Origin: Saprolegnia diclina VS20
Taxonomy: Eukaryota
DNA: 32,445 nt
NCBI RefSeq assembly: GCF_000281045.1
Contig: NW_008246072.1
Span: 462,378 to 494,822, forward strand
Reading direction: 5' to 3'
Shown here: positions 23,644 to 32,445 of the stretch, piece by piece
Layout of the letters: every line of letters starts with the position of its first letter
How positions within the stretch are numbered: position 1 is the stretch's first letter
Notes under the pieces: generated by a model
Seen by the model: the letters and a program-made list of their open reading frames with translations, nothing else
The model's database searches: none
What the model was told of the DNA's origin: nothing
Translations under genes and position numbers: made by a program

Positions 23644-23660
23644 GCAAAAGCAAAAGTGAA
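23644..23660 (-). promoter_or_regulatory. Oomycete Inr+FPR core promoter of the POT gene
   Basis: Minus-strand TTCACTTTTGCTTTTGC immediately upstream of GCCATG; argues against the upstream ORF extension to 23856. Confidence 0.6.
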
Positions 23661-24341
23661 TTAAGTTTCCAAGAAAGAAGGTCCAAGTGTGGCTCCCAGA
23701 AGAAAGTGACTTGGTGCAAGTATACTGTACTACACCTGTAACAGAATGCAGGTGGGGGTTATTGACCTTACCCATGTGAGGTCTGATAATCGAAAGGCTG
23801 ACTTTGTTGAGGCAATTGGTGCATATCGCAGATGAGTCAAATGCCAACCATAGCAAACGAACGGTGCGCCGTCACAAGCACCGCATGCTAGCGTCATCCT
23901 TCGATTTTGGCGTCCTTTTGAAAGAAGTATTTTGCATTGGTACGCAGAGAGGGATGCTCTAGTCCTGTCGATTAGGTGGACGCAACGGTTTTTTGGTCCA
24001 CGAAGAGACGCGGGGTTTCTTGAATTTCGGGCTTCCAGAGGAGCTCCCCGGCAATCGGAAAGCCGTAGGCAGTACCACATTACGTCTCTCCTCCTGCGAC
24101 GCCATCTGGCCGTGTATGTGGTGAACGGACCAATCAAACGCGCGGCAAGACCGCTCCTCTTGGACGCCGCAAACCTCAAGCCACCGTCCGTGGCCAGATC
24201 AGGTGCCGTTGGTGGGGCTCACCAGTGGCTGTGGCTACTCGATGCTGTTGAACCGCCCGCTACTGTTCCATGCGGAAGAGAGTCGTCGCTCTTGGCGTCT
24301 GAGTCGACAACCACAGTCAAGAAGGGGTATTCTTGTTCGAC

Positions 24342-24405
24342 CTTTTTTTAGTCTAGCGGACTAGACACTAGGTCGATCCGGGTTCATGTCCCGGAGAGAA
24401 CCCCA
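24342..24405 (+). repeat. tRNA-derived element, copy 1 (anticodon arm deleted); pseudo-tRNA or SINE head
   Basis: A-box-like TAGTCTAGCGG, D-arm hairpin GTCTAG/CTAGAC, T-arm CCGGG-TTCATGT-CCCGG, ending CCCCA; homologous to 24604-24677. Confidence 0.55.
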
Positions 24406-24603
24406 CTTGCTGATTGGTTATAAGCCCAAAATACGCATTCCTCATGCGCGTATCCTTAACTTTCCTCACTCTTATCCTCAGTAGCTCACTCTCCTCTGCT
24501 ACACGCGGTCGGGCGGACAGCAGATGGCTTCTTAACATAGCACTCTCTCTTCTCCTCACTCACTACTCCACCCACTCTCTGAGCCTGGAGTGCGCCTTGT
24601 CGA

Positions 24604-24677
24604 CTTCTTTTGGTCCAGCGGTTTGGACACTGGGTTCCCACCAGGTCGATCCGGGTCATGTCCCGGAGAGGGCCCCA
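24604..24677 (+). repeat. tRNA-derived element, copy 2 (tRNA-Glu/Gly-like); pseudo-tRNA or SINE head
   Basis: CTTCTTT TG GTCC AGCGGTTT GGAC A CTGG GTTCCCA CCAG GTCGAT CCGGG TCATGT CCCGG AGAGGGC C CCA folds as a degenerate cloverleaf with A-box TGGTCCAGCGG; the B-box is damaged. Confidence 0.6.
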
Positions 24678-26453
24678 CTTTCTAAGAACCCCAATGTTGG
24701 ACGAGCTACGGCACGATAGGAAGGCCTTCTCTAAACCCAACGACGTTGTCGTGCTGCCGTGCACGGTAGTCGCGACCGCTTTGGTTTTTGGTGGTGCAAC
24801 TGGATTCGCCTTGCGTAATCCCGACAGGCGTAGAGTCATAGGGTGGTCGCAACATCTGGTGCTCCGGATAGCTTTCGTTTTCTATGGCACAGCGATCTTC
24901 CGAGGATCGAGGATGCGATGGAGGGACGGCAAAGCGCCTCGAGGTCTCAAAAAGGCTATTGATTTGGCCACACATGCTTCCTGCAGTGCGCGGCTCTTTC
25001 TACCTGGAAGGTTGCTTGAAACCAATGGTCTTAATCTCTCTAGTCAATACACGTTCGTTGTTGTTGTTATTGCCGCTGTGGTTGGTATACCCAATATGTA
25101 ATCCGAGTCGAGCCCCAAGTGGGTGCACCATGCGCCATAGCCACGTCGACAGTACTCGGCACGGTCAAGTAGTGTTGGGTCCCGTACCGCCGGTACCAGT
25201 TCACGAGGAAGCTCTCCATGGTAACCAACTTGAGCTCCAAGAAACGCTAAATACTGTGTTCAAGATCGACGCATCTCTCTCGAAAAGGAGATGTCCAAGC
25301 TCTAGCACAGCACGTATGGGCTGCGAATGGACCATCACGAGGCTGCGTTTAGAGCTCGACGGCTGGGAGCTGGGGTGCAATTGATACGTCTTTCCACGGC
25401 CAAGAATCAACGTCACGATCATTGGCTCTGGTCCCTTGCGGCATCCAAGATTTGACTCTTGTAGCCGGCGCCGTCATCACACACGGCTCATGTATGCGGC
25501 GTCGTCATTATATGTGTGGTAACTATGTGGTAATGGGATGTTCTCGTCGTTGGCGGCGTGAGGTACCGTACCACCACGGGGTTCAACGCCGTCCAGTTGA
25601 CGTACTCGCGCGTATCGCAGCGCGCCGTTCTACGCGACACGGACGGTACTTCTCGAGCATCCCGATCTGTGGCGCCGAGACAAAAGCGCTCTCGCGCTGC
25701 CACGTCATATTTCATCGAGAAAAATCTGGCAACTCTCTACCTTGCCGCACGTGTACTATCGAGTCGCCGTCGTGCTGGTAGTCGAGAGTAGGCAATCATA
25801 CAAGGACAGATCGAAGCGTTTGATGGCGCCCCACAGCTTGCCCTCACGGGTGTGTCCGTTGCCGAAGCACTCGACACGCCTGTGCACCAACCATTCCACT
25901 GCTCGTACCCTCGTAATGTACTCTAGTAAGGTTGTTGTCACTTGCGTTAGGAGGAATCTGAGTCGTCACGTCACCGATCTATGAAGGAGTCCGATGGTGC
26001 CGACGAGAAGCAAAGTGGCTGCGCTTCATCTCAATACGCACAACTGGTCAACTCCTGAGAGGAAGGCGGAGAAGGTACTTGTTCACCGTGAGCCGGCGTC
26101 ACCAGACTTGGGATGCTTCTCCTTGCTCGCCCAAGAGTCCTTCATATTGGCCTTCACCTGGCCATGACGACAGGACGCTTATCACGGCGCTGACGTTGGG
26201 TTCTACCGCAATCTACTCGCCCCTGGAAAATCGATCCCACGGCCTCCCTCAACGACATGACATGTACTCGTGCTGGAATACCACAGCCCGTTGACCCCAT
26301 CGGGTGTCCCGTTCTGCTTCTTCCTCTTCTTCCTCGTTCTCTCTGCCGAGTGCTTCACTAGCCCAGCTGCTAGATTGTTATATCCGATAGCTCTTTTATT
26401 TAGTTTAGTAGGTCCGCTCAACATATAGGTCCGCTCAACACGCAAAATGGACG

Positions 26454-28031
26454 TTACTTGGCGCAGCGCTCTCTGATGGTAATCGCGCGGTCGACCGCAA
26501 TCGTCTGCGTCGCGGGGTTGTACGTTGCATGGAACGGCTTCTTCATCTCGCGCGTGAACTCGCGCATCTTGTCCTTGGCTTGGCTCTACACGGTTGGTTG
26601 CCCATGAGTCCGAAGCGATGTACCAAGTCGAGATACCAAGCTCTCGGCCACATAGTACACGGGCTGGTAAGTCGTCACGGGGTACTTTTGCTTGCACGCG
26701 TGGAATGGGTCCCACGGCCGGTACTCGGGCATGTCCATGGTACCGCCGGCCGGCCGCACCGGCGAGCACGCGTACTCGAGCTCCCCAAAGCTTGAGAGCA
26801 TGCCAGCGCCAAACGCCTAATTTGTGAAAATGTGAGCAAAATGATGCAAAATATCACATTTGGACACCTTTTTCTGCCCGTTCTGGAGGTAGATGCCAAA
26901 CTCGACCGAAAAAATGTAGCACGCGGCGAGGCGCTCGATCTCGTCGTCCGACACACCGAGCGACGCGAGGCCAATTTCGTGGGAAAAGTCGGCGAAGTCC
27001 TGGTCCGCAAACATGGGCACGTGGCCCATGAGCTCGTGGCAAATGTCGGGCTCCGGCGTGTACAGCGGCTGCGAGTGGTGCCGGATGTACTGCGTGCAAA
27101 AGAAGACTCGGAATGCGAGGCCGTTCAAGAAATCGCGCGGTGAGAGGTACCCCGTGACCGGATGGATCACAAACCCTAATCGCGCCTCAGTCTCAACTTG
27201 ATACAAAGCAACGCACCGGTCCGCGCTTTCAAAAAGGTGGAAATGTCGTGGGCCTGCGGGATGTTGGTCGGGCTGTACCCACACTCGCGCTCGAGCATCG
27301 GGAGCGCGTTGTTGAACTCGTCGCACGCAAACTGCGCCCACGTGTCCTTGATGCGGTTGTAGACCGCCCCCCACGTCTGCGTCTACAGTATTGAAATGGG
27401 TATAGACCATGCGTCTATCTATATCATTTGGATCGTACCTCGAGCTCCGAGTAGTGAATGTGCGGCAGCGGCTGTCCCTGTCGGTAGTTGGCCGCGATCT
27501 CGCTGAGCTCGTTGCGACGGGCACGGTACACTTGGTCGCTAAACCCAGGGTGGTCGGCGTCAATGTCGGTGCCGGCCTGGAGCGTATGGCGGGCCGCAAT
27601 GTCGAGGTCGCTAATGTGCAGCGGAAACCAGGGCACTAGACAGGTATACCATCTTTAGACATTTGTGTCCATCCAAAACATACACAAGTACCCGTCTTGT
27701 CATGGGCGAGCGTCAGCGATGCGCAGTGCGCCTCGAGCTCGCGCAGGAGGTTGTCGATGCCGGCCGTGCCGGGTTTGCCTTGAAAATCGATCGAAATCGC
27801 ATAGTCGTTGTTGGGCTCAATCGACGTAGTCGGCTGCGACGTAATGTGCGTGAGGTTCACGCGGTGCTTGGCAAACATATCGAGGACCGGGCGCAGCGAC
27901 CCCGGGTGGTTGGTCACATGGAGCGTAATGGACGTCAAGTCATTCTGCTTGAGCGACGGGTGGAGGGCGCTAAACGACCGCCACTGCGTCGAGTAGCGGC
28001 GCGTCGCGAGCTTACTCAGCGTGCGTTGCAT
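26454..28031 (-). CDS. Biopterin-dependent aromatic amino acid hydroxylase (PAH/TPH family) with ACT domain and putative mitochondrial presequence, 5 introns
   Basis: ACT domain ([25 protein letters not shown]), [66 protein letters not shown] (Fe His ligands), SVEFG (Glu ligand), [23 protein letters not shown]; ends RERCAK-stop. Confidence 0.93.
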
Positions 28032-28249
28032 GGTGTAAATTCGCTTGTGCGATCCGTGGATGCTTGGTTCCCGCGTCGCCACAAGGGTAGTACCAATGCT
28101 GGACGCAGCGGCAAAGGACACCCTCGGTTCAACGACATTCCCGCCTGTCGACGCCGATCCCTTGGTCCGTGTTGGGACGAAATATCCGCGCCGCCTGTGA
28201 CCTCGCGTTCGAAAATCGAGGATCTGGGCCTATCAGTTCTGATCGGTCA

Positions 28250-28533
28250 TGACAATATTTAACGTCCTTGGCGCCAGCGTTTTGACAATATTTCACAAGT
28301 GCAATTTCAACGTGTGGCCAGCGCCAGTCGTTGAGCGTGTGTGTGCTTGTCGTGTCGACGGTATTAGCGACAGTTGACGCAACGCTAGCGACGACAATAC
28401 CGTCTTTCACTTCACAGCAACACACGAGCGGGTCGATGGGTGGTATCCTCACATACGATGGCGCATTGCCAAATGACGTGTACGACGTGCTCTATCGTTT
28501 TGACAATATTTAACACCGATTTTGACAATATTT
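28250..28533. promoter_or_regulatory. Four copies of TGACAATATTT upstream of the hydroxylase gene
   Basis: Exact 11-mer at 28250, 28283, 28501 and 28523, arranged as two pairs; repeated at +2165 in the duplicate. Confidence 0.45.
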
Positions 28534-28704
28534 ACCAAAAAAGACAGGCGGCGTGCATCTCGAGAATGGATCGGCAAGTATGATAGGCGTTGATGAGCGA
28601 ATGGGATCGCACCAGCTTGCATCTTCAAGAACGAAAAGCATTACGTCGACGAGCTATCACTGCGATCACCCCGTGCAAGCCGACCGCGTTGGGCCACCAA
28701 TGAG

Positions 28705-28841
28705 CAGGCCTCTGCTATCTTGGATTTTTTCCAATTTTTTCAAAATTTCTCCACGTTCTAGCCCAAATGAGTATCCAAGAAAAATTAAGCTTGCTTTTTG
28801 TATGCCAAACGAGTGGTTGGTTGGATTTCCACACAAAGCAG
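28705..28841 (+). mobile_element. Probable end of an inserted element (CAGG start, AT-rich), running into the assembly gap
   Basis: Similarity to the duplicate copy breaks right after CCAATGAG (28697-28704). The new sequence starts CAGGCCTCTGC and is AT-rich; the other end is hidden by the gap at 28842-28941. Confidence 0.4.
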
Positions 28842-28941
28842 NNNNNNNNNNNNNNNNNNNNNNNNNNNNNNNNNNNNNNNNNNNNNNNNNNNNNNNNNNN
28901 NNNNNNNNNNNNNNNNNNNNNNNNNNNNNNNNNNNNNNNNN

Positions 28942-30196
28942 CGAGCTCCCCAAAGCTTGAGAGCATGCCAGCGCCAAACGCCTAATTTGTGAAAATGTGA
29001 GCAAAATGATGCAAAATATCACATTTGGACACCTTTTTCTGCCCGTTCTGGAGGTAGATGCCAAACTCGACCGAAAAAATGTAGCACGCGGCGAGGCGCT
29101 CGATCTCGTCGTCCGACACACCGAGCGACGCGAGGCCAATTTCGTGGGAAAAGTCGGCGAAGTCCTGGTCCGCAAACATGGGCACGTGGCCCATGAGCTC
29201 GTGGCAAATGTCGGGCTCCGGCGTGTACAGCGGCTGCGAGTGGTGCCGGATGTACTGCGTGCAAAAGAAGACTCGGAATGCGAGGCCGTTCAGAAAATCG
29301 CGCGGCGAGAGGTACCCCGTGACCGGATGGATCACAAACCCTAATCGCGCCTCAGTCTCAACTTGATACAAAGCAACGCACCGGTCCGCGCTTTCAAAAA
29401 GGTGGAAATGTCGTGGGCCTGCGGGATGTTGGTCGGGCTGTACCCACACTCGCGCTCGAGCATCGGGAGCGCGTTGTTGAACTCGTCGCACGCAAACTGC
29501 GCCCACGTGTCCTTGATGCGGTTGTAGACCGCCCCCCACGTCTGCGTCTACAGTATTGAAATGGGTATAGACCATGCGTCTATCTATATCATTTGGATCG
29601 TACCTCGAGCTCCGAGTAGTGAATGTGCGGCAGCGGCTGTCCCTGTCGGTAGTTGGCCGCGATCTCGCTGAGCTCGTTGCGACGGGCACGGTACACTTGG
29701 TCGCTAAACCCAGGGTGGTCGGCGTCAATGTCGGTGCCGGCTTGGAGCGTATGGCGGGCCGCAATGTCGAGGTCGCTAATGTGCAGCGGAAACCAGGGCA
29801 CTAGACAGGTATACCATCTTTAGACATTTGTGTCCATCCAAAACATACACAAGTACCCGTCTTGTCATGGGCGAGCGTCAGCGATGCGCAGTGCGCCTCG
29901 AGCTCGCGCAGGAGGTTGTCGATGCCGGCCGTGCCGGGTTTGCCTTGAAAATCGATCGAAATCGCATAGTCGTTGTTGGGCTCAATCGACGTAGTCGGCT
30001 GCGACGTAATGTGCGTGAGGTTCACGCGGTGCTTGGCAAACATATCGAGGACCGGGCGCAGCGACCCCGGGTGGTTGGTCACATGGAGCGTAATGGACGT
30101 CAAGTCATTCTGCTTGAGCGACGGGTGGAGGGCGCTAAACGACCGCCACTGCGTCGAGTAGCGGCGCGTCGCGAGCTTACTCAGCGTGCGTTGCAT
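28942..30196 (-). CDS. Second copy or allele of the aromatic amino acid hydroxylase, 3' end lost in the gap
   Basis: Same exons and introns as the copy at 26777-28031; protein identical over the visible part. Confidence 0.8.
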
Positions 30197-30869
30197 GGTG
30201 TAAATTCGCTTGTGCGATCCGTGGATGCTTGGTTCCCGCGTCGCCACAAGGGTAGTACCAATGCTGGACGCAGCGGCAAAGGACACCCTCGGTTCAACGA
30301 CATTCCCGCCTGTCGACGCCGATCCCTTGGTCCGTGTTGGGACGAAATATCCGCGCGGCCTGTGACCTCGCGTTCGAAAATCGAGGATCTGGGCCTATCA
30401 GTTCTGATCGGTCATGACAATATTTAACGTCCTTGGCGCCAGCGTTTTGACAATATTTCACAAGTGCAATTTCAACGTGTGGCCAGCGCCAGTCGTTGAG
30501 CGTGTGTGTGCTTGTCGTGTCGACGGTATTAGCGACAGTTGACGCAACGCTAGCGACGACAATACCGTCTTTCACTTCACAGCAACACACGAGCGGGTCG
30601 ATGGGTGGTATCCTCACATACGATGGCGCATTGCCAAATGACGTGTACGACGTGCTCTATCGTTTTGACAATATTTAACACCGATTTTGACAATATTTAC
30701 CAAAAAAGACAGGCGGCGTGCATCTCGAGAATGGATCGGCAAGTATGATAGGCGTTGATGAGCGAATGGGATCGCACCAGCTTGCATCTTCAAGAACGAA
30801 AAGCATTACGTCGACGAGCTATCACTGCGATCACCCCGTGCAAGCCGACCGCGTTGGGCCATCAATGAG
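28942..30869. repeat. Near-identical duplicate of 26777-28704 (offset 2165)
   Basis: Only a handful of substitutions over about 1.9 kb; the coding ones I found are synonymous. Starts exactly at a 100-N gap. Confidence 0.95.
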
Positions 30870-32253
30870 GTCCTGAATATAGCGGTTCCTTCCGCCCTGT
30901 GCATTCGACTGCGAGGATGGCGAGTGAAACACTCGTTCGCGTCGTCACGTTCGCTCGCCACGTCATTCTGGGTACGACATGGGTGCGCGCCTGCGCGTAC
31001 AACACCAACGCACCGCACACATGTTTGAACGCCAGAACCACGGCTGCTCACGACATGGCTCCCAGCGCGACTCGTTGGCATCTTTCGTGGTATTTGCAGT
31101 CTCGAGCGCGGCGCAGATCTTGACAAGCCAAAGCTCAAGCAGCTCGAGCGACTGCACCACTTGAGTCAGAACGTAACATTTCAACGGCACACTCGATCTG
31201 CACAGCTATCCGGGTTGTTGTTCCCACTTTCACTGGCGTCAATATGATGCACGCTCCTCGCGTCCGATCGAATGGTGTCAACGTACAGGACCCACGGAGA
31301 CAAGAAACCACGTTGAGGCGCGCGAGTTGCCATTTTGCCATGTTTGCTGGTGGGTGCAATCAGCGATGGTATGCGCGCTGGATCTGCCGTCGAGGTCGTC
31401 GTTGCTTGAGCTCCTACGAGGCTTCGCGACGGAGTTTGGGCTCGGCGGGATTGGCCTCGACTTTTGCGTCCCGTCGACGAGTACGTGGCCGACGCATTTG
31501 CACGAATCGCGCCTTGGTGAGGTCGCGTACAGCGTCGACCAACCGCGTTGCGCTAGTACGTACTGCACAGGGTACATAAAAGCTATACGTTATAGCTATT
31601 CCTGTATGCAGCCCTGTGCATGCATGCCCAGCAAGTTGAGCTCGCTGGGCTATATCCGAGTTCGCCCCGAGCCATTTCACCACTTCTATCTGCAAAACAA
31701 CTTTTGTTCATAAAATAGTCGTGCGGGCAGTGCTTGACGCAACTAATTATCGTGATCGTGCACGACATTGAGGCGCTCAATGCTGGACGGTCCGAGGCCT
31801 TCTGTGCTCATGTTCACACAGCACACAGGAGCCGTTTCCAGCTCCAGCGCCTTTTCTGTCGTTTGATGCGATCAGCGACATTGCCCTGATGCGACAAGGA
31901 CAAACGTGTTGATACTCTGGCGGCAAGCAAGGAGTTAATATTCTTTGGGACGCTCGGGTTCTCTGCAACCGTAGAGTGCCGGGTTGTTTCTGCACATTTT
32001 CACGCGACTTCGATACACTGCGCCGGGCGCCTGATTCGCGCTGGGAGCTTGCCACGTCATAGCGGCAAACAGCCGTGCCGCCACCATAATGTATGCGAAC
32101 AGCGAAGACGAAGAACATCATCATCTGGTACAGCCACCATGATTGACGCTGGGCCACCGATTTCTAATCTCAGATCCGAGCAAGCCTCTTCGTCGCACCA
32201 GCTGCGTTCGTCCCGCGGGCCGCCTCTTCAACTCTTCCACCGGTTGTGATTTC

Positions 32254-32269
32254 TCATTCTTGCATTTGC
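32254..32269 (+). promoter_or_regulatory. Oomycete Inr+FPR core promoter
   Basis: TCATTCTTGCATTTGC directly before GCCATG (32273); a good match to YCAYTYY-MWTTTNC. Confidence 0.65.
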
Positions 32270-32272
32270 GCC

Positions 32273-32445
32273 ATGGCCGACTTTGCAGCGATCAAGAGCC
32301 CGTCCAGCGTCCACGTCTCGGTATGGGACAACCGCAAGCAGTACAAGAGCGTCCTCTTCCAAGTGTGCGGCTTCATCCTCCTCATGGAAGTGTCGGAGCG
32401 CCTCTCGTACTATGGCATCAACCAAGGCTTGAAAAACTACATGAA
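32273..32445 (+). CDS. 5' end of a second POT/PTR peptide transporter (partial)
   Basis: MADFAAIKSPSSVHVSVWDNRKQYKSVLFQVCGFILLMEVSERLSYYGINQGLKNYM runs off the window end; paralog of 21724-23640. Confidence 0.9.
   Translation, partial: MADFAAIKSPSSVHVSVWDNRKQYKSVLFQVCGFILLMEVSERLSYYGINQGLKNYM

Noticed and set aside
21736..23664. 642-aa plus-strand ORF, and similar long antisense ORFs over Nup155, the lectins and sideroflexin
   Set aside because: Antisense shadows caused by strong GC3 codon bias of the real genes.
23641..23856. 72-aa N-terminal extension of the POT ORF
   Set aside because: Lies upstream of the Inr/FPR motif, has non-coding composition and is absent from the paralog at 32273.
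24604..24677. Functional tRNA gene
   Set aside because: Weak acceptor stem, shortened anticodon stem, damaged TTCRA loop and an internal TTTT Pol III terminator; reported only as tRNA-derived.
24720..26400. Short ORFs between the tRNA-like repeats and the hydroxylase 3' end
   Set aside because: Frequent stops and no identifiable homology; possibly decayed mobile DNA but not supportable.
26409..26440. 15-bp direct repeat TAGGTCCGCTCAACA just after the hydroxylase stop
   Set aside because: Most likely a simple local slippage duplication in the 3' UTR.
30870..32250. ORF fragments such as 31327-31713 (LDLPSRSSLLELLRGFATEFGLGG...) and 31777-32157
   Set aside because: Partly coding-like, but with no recognisable family or complete gene structure; could be a pseudogene remnant.

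Overview
Eukaryotic, GC3-rich genomic DNA with short (about 40-70 bp) GT-AG introns, oomycete-type Inr/FPR core promoters and secreted ricin-type lectins. It is most consistent with a Saprolegniales oomycete (inference). The first 7.6 kb holds two DNA transposons inserted side by side next to a (GATA)n microsatellite. One is an internally deleted IS630/Tc1-mariner element (TA TSD) carrying a convergent passenger gene. The other is a near-intact, 7-intron Mutator-like (DxxH-type DDE) element with an 8-bp TSD. An empty-site copy of the same locus follows a 100-N gap. Next come two tandem secreted triple-beta-trefoil lectin genes with RR(R)L linkers, UFM1 (start codon split by an intron), sideroflexin, Nup155/Nup170, a small orphan ORF and a POT/PTR peptide transporter. 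After two tRNA-like repeats there is an aromatic amino acid hydroxylase with a mitochondrial-type presequence and tryptophan-hydroxylase-like pocket residues. It is present twice across a gap, probably as uncollapsed haplotypes. The window ends in the 5' end of an inverted POT paralog. All calls are from reading the sequence; no database searches were run.
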